NCBI RefSeq assembly: GCF_018350175.1
Contig: NC_058368.1
Coordinates: forward strand, 32,924,001 to 32,988,000
DNA: 64,000 nucleotides
DNA from: Felis catus
Taxonomy: Eukaryota
Reading direction: 5' to 3'
Part shown: in pieces, positions 36,508 to 49,049 of the stretch
Layout: every line of letters starts with the position of its first letter
Position numbering within the stretch: position 1 is the first letter of the stretch
The notes under the pieces: model-generated
The model's database searches: none
What the model saw: the letters and a program-made list of their open reading frames with translations, nothing else
Told to the model about the DNA's origin: nothing
Translations under genes and position numbers: made by a program

Positions 36508-36717
36508 GGGGTGCCTGGTTGGCTCAGTCTGTTGAGCGACCAACTTCAGCTCAGGTCATGATCTCAAGGTTTGTGGGTTTGAGCCCCGCATTGGGCTCTG
36601 TGCTGACAGCTCAGAGCCTGGAGCCTGTTTCAGATTATGTCTCCCCCTCTCTCTGCCCCTCCCTCACTTGGACTCTGTCTCCCTGGGTCTCAAAAATAAG
36701 CATTACAAAAATTCTTA
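36508..36717 (+). mobile_element. Can-SINE
   Basis: Head ggggtgcctggttggctcag. Perfect TSD aaaattgaatcaca at 36494-36507 and 36718-36731. Confidence 0.96.
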
Positions 36718-37305
36718 AAAATTGAATCACAATACAACTTAGTGATTAGTTAATTCACTGTTATTGTTTCTTGATGAATGTAGTTGTTCACCATGTTTTA
36801 TAAAAAATTTTGAAAGTATCCAATATATTGTATTTATTTCTGCTTTGCCGTCAGAATTGTGATTTTACTATGTGGTTGCGTGTGCAAATTTCCAAAAATC
36901 TTACAAAATAATGTTTAGGAAGTGGAAATTGATAGTAAATGAACCCTGTATTTTTTTGCATTATGTAATACAAAGAAAGTAGAAAAACATTTTAACGTGG
37001 CTATCAAAGATTTATTCAAGATTATAAATTTCAGAGTTTTTCTCCTTGGGACCACTAAACGCTCATATCAATTTGCTTCACCTTCCTCTGCTTAATTGTG
37101 AGCTTCTTCAAGGACATACTCATTCATGATTGTGTTCTCTTGTTATAGCCCAGTTTCTGATAGAGTAACTACTGGATTAAATACTTACTAGATAAAGTTG
37201 AATGACTTAATTTCTTTGGAATATAGTTTTTATTTCAGTGATAAATGTCTATGATTGAAGGTGGATCCGAAAGGTTTAGAATTTCTAAACATACATTTTT
37301 TAAAA

Positions 37306-37520
37306 TGTTTTTTTAAAAAAATTTAATGTTTATTTTTGAGAGGGAGAGAGACAGCGTGAGTGGGGAAGTGGCAGAGGGAGAGGGAGACACAGAATCCAAA
37401 GCAGCTCCAGGCTCTGAGCTGTCAGCATGGAGTATGACGTGGGGTTCGAATCCATGAACTGTGAGGTCATGACCTGAGTCAAAGTCTGGCGCTTAATGGA
37501 CTGAGCCACCCAGGTGCCTC
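37306..37520 (-). mobile_element. Can-SINE
   Basis: Antisense SINE ending ctgagccacccaggtgcctc, flanked by acatttttaaaa-like repeats. Confidence 0.95.
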
Positions 37521-37699
37521 ACATTTTTAAAAATTCGAAACTGAATAGAGAAAGGATTGGAGGTGGGAAATCATCAAAATTAAAAATTTATATTAGTTTA
37601 TTCTATATAAAGTATAACAATACATTTTAGAATGCTTTAAAACCACAGACCGAAAAGATAGGGCTGGCTCTTATATATATCCATGTTTATATTTATATT

Positions 37700-38250
37700 G
37701 ATATTACCAAATGATCTGGCATGCAGGCTAAGTGAGGAAAGGAAGAGGTCAGCCCTGGCACTGTGGAAGCTAACTACTCTGTCCTGGGAAATCCCAAGGG
37801 GGATTGAAAGCAAAGCTCTAATCTTGGTTTGCCAACACTGTAGGGAACAAACTGGATAAACTCTTTACAAGAAAAGCCAAAACAGAAGAGAGGAGGGTTT
37901 GGAAAAGAGAAAGGGAGACACATATTTTGGGTGCCGAGAGCTGGGGGAGGTGGAAGGCTCAGGCCTTAACAACTGACCTCTCCATCCACAAGATGGACCC
38001 CTAGAGTTTTATAGTGGGAGGGGGGAGGAGAAAGGGGGGCTGTGGTGTAGTACATGCAAAACAATAGGTAGAGAATGGATGATAATGGGTGGGGGTCAGT
38101 ATGTACTTATCCCTTGATCATGGGCAAGGAAGGAAATGTGTTGCCAAAGATTGTCAACGTTTTCTATATTATTTAGCAAAGCTGTGTACATCCAAAGGCC
38201 TGGAAATATAAACTACTGGTACTGTTCCATACCTGCCATGTTATCATTAA
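37700..38250 (-). mobile_element. Possible ancient LTR (unclassified)
   Basis: GC/purine-enriched block of LTR size with a minus-strand CTATAAAA box at about 38007-38014. Family not recognised. Confidence 0.3.
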
Positions 38251-38439
38251 GCTTCTCTCAAAGTCCCTGGTCCTCAGTGCCATCACAAATCCACAGACGA
38301 CTATAATAGAGCAAGAATGGTTCATCCTAGTCTTTGGGACTTGGTTAATTGGTGATTCTTTTGATAGTCTCTCTAGGATTTATTGTAGAAATTTCACCCT
38401 GACATATACCTAATGTGACTTAGACCATTATTCATACTA

Positions 38440-38950
38440 ATTAGCAGATACTTAAGGGTTCAAGATACCAAGTGATAACTTCCAGGTTGATATGAATCAA
38501 TAACTTATTAAAAGACCTAATTTAGGATGTCTTTTGGTGAAGGAGTTCAGGATTCTGTCTGTGAACTTTGTCATCACTGACATTTTTCAGTATATTGGGA
38601 TACTGATCATTTAAATAATAGTGCAAAAATAGTAGATAACATTCAGCATAACGGTATGAAGCATAAAGGGAATCTCAGTATTTTGAAATCTGGGTCCAAA
38701 GTTACCAATAAAAAATTTTAAAAGTTCGTGTAATCCTTTAAATTTTGTATGGGACTGGAAAAAACAAATTTTCAGGGTCTCTGGTGGAAAATAAACAGAA
38801 AACCTAGCAAGTTAAAGTTACTTAAGTTTAAGTGGAGATTATTAGTTGACAGTGAACCTAATAGAGAAGAGAATGATATGATTTCTAAATTATTTTTTAG
38901 CTGCATAAAATAATTTCCTAGTCAAATTAATGGAAAGTATTATTATAGTA
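38440..38950 (+). mobile_element. L3/CR1 LINE fossil (RT region)
   Basis: Ordered decayed CR1 motifs: caggattctgtc...acattttt, tgggtccaaagttaccaataaaaaattt, and attattagttgacagtgaacctaata...ttagctgcataaa. Confidence 0.55.
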
Positions 38951-41900
38951 TAGATGGATCATCAATAGAGCATTGGCTATATAACCTGTGTTAGATGAGA
39001 AAAAACCAAGGTAATGTGCTAAAAACAAATGTAATATAATTTCAAGAAGTATCATCATCATTATAATTGGAGAGTTATGTAGAATGACCAGATTTGTTCT
39101 AAGGTGCTAAAACTGAAATACCAAATCTATAGCTGATAATTTTAATTGGAATTGAGTTAGGACTGCAAAAATAGGGAGCTTGGCTCTGGGTAGAAGTAAT
39201 GGCATTCCTGGGATCAAGTGATTTGGCTGATCAAATTGTCTAAAAGTCTTGCTTTTTTAATTATTTTTTTAAATTTACATCCAAGTTAGTTACCATATAG
39301 TGCAATAGTGATTTCAGGAATAGATTCCAGTGATCCATCCCCTATGTATAACACCCAGCACTCATCCCGACAAGTGTCTTCCTTAATGCCCCTTACCCAT
39401 GTAGCCCATCCCCCTACCCCACCCCCTCCAGCAGTCCTCGGATTGTTCTCTGTATTTAAGAGGCTCTTTTGTCCCCTCCTTTTATATTTTGCTTCCTTTC
39501 CCTTATGTTCATATTTTTTTTCTTAAATTCCTCATATGAGTGAAGTAAAATGATATTTGTCTTTCTCTGACTAATTTCACTTAGCATAATACCCTCCAGT
39601 TCCACCCACGTAGTTGCAAATGGCAAGATTTCATTCTTTTTGATTGCCGGGTAATACTCCAGTGTGTATATATACCACTTCTTCTTTATCCATTCATCCA
39701 TTGATGGACATTTGGGGTCTTTCCATACTTTGGTTATTGTCGATAACACTGCTATAAACACGGGGGTGCATGTGCCCCTGTGAAACAGCACACCTATATC
39801 ACTTGGATAAATACCTAGTAGTGCTATTGCTGAGTCATAGGGTAGTTATATTTTTAATTTTTTGAGGAACCTCCATACTGGTTTCCAGAATGGCTGTACC
39901 AGTTTGCATTCCCACCAACAGTGCAGAAGAGATTCTCTTTTTCTGCATCCTTGCCAGCATCTGTTGCCTGAGTTGTTAATGTTAGCCATTCTGACATGTG
40001 TGAGGTGGTATCTCCTTGTGGTTTTAATTTGTATTTCCCTGATTATGAGTGTTGAGCATTTTTTTTCATGTGTCTTAACCATCTGGATGTCTTCTTTGGA
40101 TAAGTGTCTATTCATGTCTTTTGCCCATTTCTTCACTGGATTGTGTTTTGCATGTTAAAACTGATAAGGTCTTTATAGATTTTTGGACACTAACCCTTTA
40201 TCTGATATGCCATTTGCAGATATTTTCTACCATTCCATCAGTTGCCTTTTAGTTTTGCTTATTGTTTTCTTCACTGAGCAGAAGCTTTTTATTTTGATGA
40301 GGTCCCAATAGTTCACTTTTCTTTTTGTTTCCCTTGCCTCTGGAGACATGTTGAGTAAGAAGTTGCTGCAGCCAAGATCAAAGAGGTTTTTGTCTGCTTT
40401 CTTCTGTAGGATTCTGATGGCTTCCTGTCTTAAATTTAGGCCTTTTCATCTATTTTGAGTTTATTTTTATATATGGTGTAAGAAAGTTGTCCAGGTTCAT
40501 TCTTCTGCAAGTCGCTGTCCAGTTTTCCCAGCACCACTTGCTGAAGAGACTGTGTTTATTCCATTGGATATTCTTTACTGCTTTGTCAAAGATTAGTTGA
40601 CCATATGTTTGTGGGTCCATTTCTGGGTTCTCTATTCTGTTCCATTGATCTGTGTGTCTGTTTTTGTGCCAGTACCAGACTGTCTTGATGATTACAGCTT
40701 TGTAGTATAGCTTGAAGTCTGGGATTGTGATGCTTTCTGCTTTGGTTTTCTTTTTTTAGGATTCCTTTGACTATTCAGGTCTTTTGTGGTCCCATACAAA
40801 TTTTAGGATTGTTTGCCTGAGCTTTGTGGAGAACGGTGGCGTTATTTTGATAAGGATTGTATTGAATATCTAGATTGCTTTGGGTAGTATCGGCATTTTA
40901 ATAATTTGTTCTTCCAATCCATGAACAAGGAATATTTTTCCAGTTTTTGTGTTGTCTTCAATTTCTTTCATAAGTGTTCTATAGTTTTCAGTGTATAGAT
41001 TTTTCTTCTCTTTGGTTAGGTTTATTTCTAGGTATTTTATGGTTCTTGGTGCAATTGTAAATGGGATCGATTCCTTGATTTCTTTCTTTTGCTTCATTAT
41101 GGGTGTATAGAAATGCAACCAATTTCTATACATTGATTTTATATCTTGTGACTGCTGAATTCTTGGATGAGTTCTAGCAGTTTTTTGGTAGAATCATTGA
41201 TTTTCCATATAGATTATAATGTTATCTGTGAAGATTGAAACTTTGACTTCCTCCTTGCTGAGTTGGATGTCTTTTATTCCTTTGTGTTGTCTGATTGCTG
41301 AGACTAGGAGTTCCAATACTATGGTGAATAACAGTGGTGAGAGTGGACATTCCTGTCATGTTTATGACCATTGAGGATGATATTAGAAGTGGGTCTTTCA
41401 TATATGGCTTTATGATCTTGAGTTATGATACTTCTAGTCCTACTTTCTTGAGGGTTCTTATCAAGAAAGGATGCTGTATTTTGTCAAATGCTTTCTCTGC
41501 ATATATTGACAGGATCTGTGGTTCTTGTACTTTGTTTTATTGATGTGATATATGACATTGATTGTTTTGTGAATATTGATTCAGCCCTGCATCCCAGATA
41601 TAAATCCCACTTGCTTGTGGTGAATAATTCTTGTAATGTATTGTTGGCTCTGGTTAGCTAATATTTTGTTAAGGATTTTTGTATTCATGTTCATCAGGGA
41701 AGTTGGTCTGTAGTTCCCCATTTTAGTAAGGTCTTTGTCTGGTTTTAGAATCAAGGTAATGCTGGCTTCATAGAATGAGTTTGGAAGTTCCCTTCCATTT
41801 GTATTTTTTGGAACAGTTTCAAAAGAATAGATGTTAACTCTTCTTTAAATGTTTGGTAGAATTCCCCTAGAAAGCTATCTGGCCCTGGATTCTTGTTTTA

Positions 41901-41963
41901 TTGGGAGATTTTATAATACTTATTTGATTTCTTTACTGGTTATGGGTCTGTTCAAACTTTCTA

Positions 41964-42176
41964 ATTTTTTTTTAATGTTTGTTTATTTCTGAGACAGAGA
42001 GAGACAGAGCATGAGAGGGGGAGGGGAAGAAAGAAAGGGAGACACAGAATCTGAAGTAGGCTCCAGGCTCTGAGCTGTCAGCACAGAGCCCGACACGGGG
42101 CTCGAACTCACAAACCGTGAGATCATGACCTGAGCCGAAGTTGGTCGCTCAACCAACTGAGCCACCCAGGTGCCCC
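41964..42176 (-). mobile_element. Can-SINE inside L1 ORF2
   Basis: TSD ggtctgttcaaa(c/t)tttcta at 41945-41963 and 42178-42196. Confidence 0.97.
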
Positions 42177-43290
42177 AGGTCTGTTCAAATTTTCTATTTC
42201 TTCTTGTTTCAGTTTTGGTAGTTTATGTTTCTAGCAATTTATCCATTTCTTCCAGATTGCCTAGTTAATTGGCATATGATTGCTCATGATATTATCTTAT
42301 TATTTTTGTAGTGTTGGTTGTGATCTCTACTCTTTCATTCATGATTTTATTTATTTGGGTCATTTTTTTCCTTTTTCTTTTTGATCAACCTGGCTAAGGG
42401 TTTATCAATTTTGTTAATTCTTTCAAAGAATCAGTTCCTGGTTTCATTGATCTGTTCTCCTGTTTGGTTTGGTTTGGTTGAGATAGCATTTATTTCTGCT
42501 CTAATTTTATTATTTCTCATCTTCTGTTGTTGGATTTTGTTTTTTTTCCAGCTCTTAAGGTGTAAGGTTAGGTTGTGTATATGAGACCTTTCTTCCTTCT
42601 TTAGGAAGGCCTGGATTGTTATACACTTCTCTTAGAGCTATCTTTGCCACATCCCAGAGGTTTTGGTCTGTGGTATTATCATTTTCATTGGCTTTCATGT
42701 ACTTTTTAATATCCTCTTTAATTTTGTGGTTAGCCCATTCATTCTTGAGTAGAATGTTCTTCAGTCTCCAAGTATTTGTTGTCTTTACAAATTTTTTCTT
42801 GAGGTTGATTTTGGGTTTCATAATGTTTTTGTCTGAAAATATGCATGGTATGATCTCAATCTTTTTATACTTGCTGAAGGCTGATTTGTGTCCCAACTTG
42901 TGATCAATTCTGGAGAATGTTCCATGTGAACTAGAGAAGAAAGTATTTTCTGTTGCTTTAGAATGAAATGTTCTGAATATATCTGTTAAGTCCCTCTGGC
43001 CCAGTGTGTCATTCAAAGCCATTGTTCCCTTGTTGATTTTTTGTTTAGATGATCTGTCCATTTCTGTAGGTGGAGTGTTGAAGTCCCCTACTATTATGGT
43101 ATTATTATCAATGAGTTCTGTATGTTTGTAATTGATTTATATATTTGGGTTCTCCCACGTTGGAAAAATGTTTACAACTGCTAGATATTCTTCATGGATA
43201 GACCCCTTAATTATGATACAATGCTCTTCTTCATTATTGTTGAGTCTTTATCTTAAAATCTAAATTGTCTGCTCTAAGTATGGCTACTCT

Positions 43291-43494
43291 GGGGACGCCT
43301 GGGTGGCTCATTTGGTTAAGTGTCAGACTTCAGGTCAGGTCATGTTCTCATGGTTCGTAAGTTCGAGCCACGTATCAGCCTCTTTGCTGACAGCTCAGAG
43401 CCTGGAGCCTGCTTTGGATTCTGTGTGTGTCTCTATCTGCCTCTACCCTGCTCATGCTCTGTCAAAAATAAATAAACATTGAAAAAAATTTAAA
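43291..43494 (+). mobile_element. Can-SINE inside the L1 endonuclease domain
   Basis: Perfect TSD aagtatggctactct at 43276-43290 and 43495-43509. Confidence 0.97.
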
Positions 43495-43766
43495 AAGTAT
43501 GGCTACTCTGTCTTTTGGTGACCATTAGCATGATAGATGGTTCTCCATCTCCTTACTTTCAATCTGAAAGTGTCTTTTGGTCTAAAATGGGTCTCTTGTA
43601 AACAGCATATAGATGGATCTTGTTTTCTTATCCATTCTTTTACCCTATGTCTTTTGGTTGGAGCGTTTAGTCCATTGACATTTAGAGGGAGCACTGAAAG
43701 ATACGAATTTAGTGCCATTTTGTTGCCTGTAGAGTTGGATTTTCTGGTGGTGGTCTCTGGTCCTTT

Positions 43767-44703
43767 CTAGTCTTTGTTGCCTTCGGTCTTTTTGTTTTTC
43801 TTTCCCTGTCTTTTCTCCCCTCAGAGAGTCCCCCTTAAAATTTCTTGCAGGGCTGGTTTAGTAGTCACAAACTCCTTTAGTTTTTGTTTGTCTGGGAAAC
43901 TTTTTATTTCTCCATTTATTTTGAATGAGAACCTTGCTGGATAAAGAATTGTTGGCTGCATATTTTTACATTTCATCACAGTGTGTATATACTGCCACTG
44001 CTTTCTTGCCTAATGAGTTTCTGTGGATAAGTCTGCTGTGAAACTCCTCTGTCTTCCCTGTAGGTTAAGGTTTTCTTTTCCCCCTTGCTGCTTTCATGAT
44101 TCTTTTCTTGCCTGAGTATGTTGTGAATTTGACTACAATATGCCTTGTTGATGGCCGGTTTTTGTTGAATCTAATGGGAGTTATTTGTGTTTCCTGGATT
44201 TTGATGTCTGTGTCTTTCCTCAGGTTAGGAAAGTTTTCTGCTATGATTTCCTCACATAAATCTTCTACTCATTTTTTTAATCTCTTCATCTTCTGAGATC
44301 CCTATTATTAGGATGTTACTCCTTTTTAATGAGTTACTTAGTTCTCTAATTCTTATATCACTCTCTTTTTGCCTTAGTTTCTCTCATTTTTCCTGCTTCA
44401 TTATTTTCCATAAATTTGTCCTCTATATCACTGATTCGCTGCTCTACTTCATCCACCCTTCCTGCTCTGGCATCCATTTGAGATTGCATCTATTACAACC
44501 TTTTAAATTTCATCCTGACGAGAATTTCTTTCTTTTACCTTTGCAGAAATGGATTCTATGCTTTTTTCAACCCAAGGTAATATTCTTATTATTGTGATTC
44601 TAAATTCTGGTTTAGACATCTTGCTTGTATCTGTATTGATTAAGTCCCTGACTGTCATTTCTTCCTGTTCTTCCTTTTGGTGTGAATTCCTTCATTTTGT
44701 CAT
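43767..44703 (-). pseudogene. Disrupted L1 ORF1
   Basis: Minus strand from the ATG at 44703 reads MTK*RNSHQKEEQEEMTVRDLINTDTSKMSKPEFRITII (stop at codon 4). Apparent terminal TAG at 43769-43767, just before ORF2. Confidence 0.85.
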
Positions 44704-44988
44704 TTTGAAGGAAGAAAAATAATTAATAAATAATAAAATAAAAATTAGGAAATTAAAAACAATACAAAAAGAATCAAAGGATTCTAGGTCCTAGGTATCA
44801 TTTTTATTCTGGTTGTTGAAGGAAGCTTGGTAGAATAGGGGAAAAGGGAAAGAAAAGGAAAAAAATGGGGGGGAGGAAATTGAAAGTTAAAAAAAATGGA
44901 CACAATAAATTAGAATAAAATGAAATGACTAAAATAGGATTAAAAAACTTAAAAAAATTAAAACATAGAAAAATTAAAGAAAAATATT

Positions 44989-45201
44989 AAAAATAATTTT
45001 TGATGTTTATTTTTGAGAGAGAGAGAGACAGAACATGAGCAGGGGAGGGGCAGAGAGAGAGAGGGAGATACAGGATCTGAAGCAGGCTCCAGGCTCTGAG
45101 CTGTCAGCACAGAGCCTGACATAGGCTTGAACCCACAAATCATGAAATTATGACCTGAGCCGAAGTTGGACACCTAACTGACTGAGCCACCCAGGTACCT
45201 C
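44989..45201 (-). mobile_element. Can-SINE inside the L1 5'UTR
   Basis: TSD aagaaaaatatt at 44977-44988 and 45202-45213. Confidence 0.96.
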
Positions 45202-46611
45202 AAGAAAAATATTTTTTATAAAAACGAAAATAAAAATAAACTTTTCTGTATTCAAGAAAAAGAAAAGAAAGGAAAAAGAAAAAAAATTGTGACCAGCGAA
45301 CAGAATGATGAAATATGATTGAAATTACATCCAATTTCCCCTAGAAGTCAAACTATGAAGCCCTTTATAATCCATAAACTAAGCTGGTAGAGAGACTTGT
45401 GTTCCTCTAGAGCACAACTGGCCCAGTTGATGGGGTTTGCTGTAATGGCTCCATTCTCCACTAGATGGTGGTACTTAGTTCACTGGGGTGGATCATTGTG
45501 GTGCATGTAGGCGTGTATGCACATGCACAGGGGAGGGTGAAAATGGCATCACCCAGCGAACCAGTCTGTAGCATCAGAACTCTGTGCTCACACCAACCTA
45601 CAACCAAGCACCTATCCTTTGTTTCTGGCTTCTGTGCACACCCCTCTTGTGCATTGTCTGTGACCAAGCATTCAGCCTACCAGGTAGCACTTCACTCCTG
45701 AGTTTTATTTCAGACGGGGCTGTGATTCCAAATCCCTCTCTTCTGAAGGCCCTGTGGCTTTTACCCACTCAGATCCTCTGCAGGTAGGATCTTGCCAAGA
45801 AATGGCCAGGTACAGGCCTGCCTGCAGGAACATTCAAGTGACCACGTTGCTGAAGATGCACAGAGACTGCAGCTGGGTGCCAGCCCAGCCCCAGAAAACG
45901 TTTGCAGGATCTTGTAGCAGCAGCATTTCTGGGATTATGGTAAATCACAACATGCAATTGGCACCAGGCTTCACCACACCCTAGCATGCTTATTGCAACA
46001 CCAGGGAATGTGGCTGTTCTCTGGGCTCTGCTGGGACCTTTGCCTGTGGAGAAACTGCACAGCTTCTACCAAATGTCCTCCCAGCAGGGAACTTTCTCTC
46101 CCCATGTGGTCCTCGGACCCATTTGACCTCTCTTTTCGTGTCCAGAAATTTGCCTTTCTCACCAGTGCTCTGCCAGGTATCGAGCTGTCAAGTTTCAGAC
46201 TGTGCTCTCCTGTTTATAAAGTCTTAATGGCATTTAAGCCCTCTCCTTTCTCATATCTCTCTTTCTTGTTCAGTCCCTTGCAGGTGTTTCCACTCTTTTT
46301 TTTTCTCTAGCTGCTTTCTGGAGGAAGTTCTTTTCCCATATCCTCCCCCCCCCCACCATCCCCTGTCTCCATCCTCTTTCTGCAAGCAAAAAAAGCTCCC
46401 TACCCTCCGTGACTTGTCTCTCCCCCAGTTCACCTGTCCACACCATTTACCTGCTGAGTTCTGTGATTCAAGTTGTGCAGATTGTTTTAATCCTCAAATC
46501 CGTTTTCTATGTGTGCAAGATGGTTTGATTTTGCTCTAGCTGCATTTCAAGGAAGAGAGAGGCCAAAAACAAAAACAAAAACAAAAACAAAAAACCCTTC
46601 CATGCTACTTT

Positions 46612-46620
46612 GCCATCTTG
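46612..46620 (-). promoter_or_regulatory. YY1-type site at the L1 5' end (internal promoter)
   Basis: Minus-strand CAAGATGGC about 10 nt from the element start, the position known for the L1 YY1 site. Confidence 0.75.
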
Positions 46621-46697
46621 GCCCTGCCCCTAAAAGTCTTTCTCTTTTAAGGATTTAATCTTAATATGTTATCAAGAGACTTTTTAAATCTAGAGTG

Positions 46698-46747
46698 AAC
46701 TGATTTTTTAAAAAACTGATTTTTTAAAAAAACTGATTTTTTAAAAA
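46698..46747. repeat. 16-17 bp tandem repeat, three copies (aactgattttttaaaa)
   Basis: Three consecutive copies that differ only in A-run length. Confidence 0.9.
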
Positions 46748-49049
46748 CATGTAACAAAGTATACATATATTTTTATGATTCATAACAGTTTTCACTACGT
46801 AATATTATATATTTACTTGTATAGTGTCTGATACAAAATCACGGAATTTGCATGTATTATTCATTGCTTAGAAAGCTGCGTGGAAGTTATTCATTAGATA
46901 TTAGTGGTGTTAATGAAAAAATGAATATATAAGGTCAGATGGTATAGCACTTAGAGAGTTTAATCATAGAAAGAACTCCCTTTTTGTGTGCTTCCTCCTT
47001 CACAATTGACCATGACCTGAGACCTCACCTGGTTTTGCCCCAGTCATTAAGTCAAGGGCTAAGACTATAGCCCATGATAGCTTAATTTCCCATTGTTGGA
47101 TAACTGCCCATCTTCCAGCAAGAGGTAAAAAATAGAATTTGCATCCCAGTGGAAACAATGAGGTCAAAATCAGAAAAATTAGTTTAGCTCTCTGTTCTTA
47201 ATTGAGAGGAATGGTTTGAAATTAGAAATGAAGGTGCATAGGTTAAGACAAGGAGGAGGACAGGAGGATTTTAGAAGCCGGCCCAAATGAGAGAAGACTA
47301 ACATAGTTGGGCTAGGACTACTTTTTCCTCTTTATAGTAGTAAGGATGCTAGGCTGTAGAGAATTGGTAATGGACATTTCTTTTGATGCCTTATTCTATC
47401 TAGAACATTATTAAGTATTAATAAAATATTAACAATTATTTAGGTTGGTGGGATTTATTTTTATTTTTTTCACATCTTAACAATTTTTCCTCCATCCTAT
47501 TCTGAGAGACTTAAGTATGTTTCAGATGCACTTGGAGCAACTGGTTTTAATCAAAAAGATGTTAGAAGGACATTCCTTGGGAGGCAAGTAGTAAGCCTCA
47601 GTAATAGCCAGTAACAATACTTGTATCCAATTTGAGGCAGGTTCAAAGGACAGGACCCCCTATGCTGTCTAACAGCATTAAAAGAGTAAGAAAGTAAGTG
47701 AGCAGTACATATTCTATTGGCTGCGATATGTGTAAATTTTGTTCCTGGGGAAATACACATAGAGCTTGCCAATTACTTATTGGCCACAGTATTTCGATTT
47801 CACCTTTTTTTTCTTAAGACCCTTTTACTTAGGAGGTTCCTATTGGGAAATCTAAGCATAGAATGCCCAAACAAGAGGAGGTAGGAGCCAGACCAGGCAA
47901 TAGAGAGAGAAAACACAGTGGGATATGAAGAGGTTGAAACTAAAATGTGAATATGGATTAACAGTGACTTCTGTGGAATAACAGAAAAATAAGATCATTG
48001 AGCAGTGGAACACCAGACTCATAATTGACTCATTGCTGATTGCTCTTTTCCTTTTCCTTTTCTCCTTATTAATTTTTCTAGATCTTTATCTATTTAATTA
48101 AATCTTCTATCAGTCACTTCATCTTCTGTAAATAAACTAGACTTTTCATTTACAAAGTAGAAGGCAGTAAGTAAATATTCCCTAAGTTTTCTTTGTCTCT
48201 ACACCCTAATCAACAAATAAAATAATATTCTGATGTCCTCTACTTTTAGTCTCAGAAGTGATGGGTTGGAAAAATTAGAGTTGGTCAACAGACTAGATAT
48301 CATTCCTTACTGACATCTTCTGGACAACTACAGATGATATGAAATATTTCTTCTATCCTTCAAAACCCTCATCTGTACTGGCTCTAGTTACATAGACTAC
48401 ACACATGCTGAAAAATTCTCAATATTCTAAAACATATTTCTGATAGTTTGATTTGGTTTTATTTTGGTCATTCTCTTTTCTCTACTTTCCTATTGTTTTC
48501 TATCTATCTTTGATTTTCTGTTTTAAATCATTTTTACTAATTCAAAGGTAGCAAATCCAAAACTAGAGAAAAAGGTTATTTTAAAGGTAATTGCTTATTA
48601 AAATTCTATTAACAATAATTGCAGCTAATAGTTCGGTATATATTTCTAGTGTCTTTCTATGCATATTCATACCTGAGTTGCATATTTGTTGCTGCATATT
48701 TTAATACTTAATATATCCTGGGCATTTTTTTCCTATATAAGTAAAATTATAGGAAAAGTGACAGATAACTCACTTTTCCAGCCATTACTCCTTTAAATAT
48801 ACTTGATATTTAAAGTAATTTTTAAAGGTACCATAATACTACATAAATAAGCTATTGCTAATACAAAACCTGTGGTTCTCTTTGATCATATATCTATCCA
48901 GTAGCTATAGCCACTTTCCTAAATGTATGGCATTAATATGAGACCTCATTGCTTTTATTCCCCTCCTTCTGACTCCTGCCATAGGAATAAATTTTCCTTG
49001 ATTAAAATAATGTAGAAATAATAAAGCAAGTAGGAAACAGAAAGGTGAG

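Larger units (their letters stand above)
39540..43718 (-). pseudogene. Disrupted L1 ORF2 (endonuclease / reverse transcriptase / C-terminal domain)
   Basis: Remnants MALNSYLSVLPLNVNGLNAP...[56 protein letters not shown]. Stops, frameshifts and two SINE insertions. 3' end approximate. Confidence 0.93.
39257..46630 (-). mobile_element. Full-length, inactivated carnivore/felid L1 with three nested SINEs
   Basis: 5' end ggggcagggccaagatggc at 46630, then 5'UTR, ORF1, ORF2, 3'UTR and a T-rich tail at about 39257. TSD taaaagtctt(g/t)ct(t/c)tt at 39241-39256 and 46631-46646. Confidence 0.96.

Noticed and set aside
38280..39240. Possible non-retroviral endogenous viral element
   Set aside because: No sustained ORF, and the ordered motifs fit a decayed L3/CR1 LINE better.
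42555..43061. Longest ORF in the track (168 aa)
   Set aside because: It is a fragment of the L1 ORF2 endonuclease/linker inside a dead L1, not a host gene.
46698..46747. Short direct repeats (also 23831-23890) considered as a CRISPR-like array
   Set aside because: They are head-to-tail tandem copies with no spacers, in a mammalian context; simple slippage duplications.
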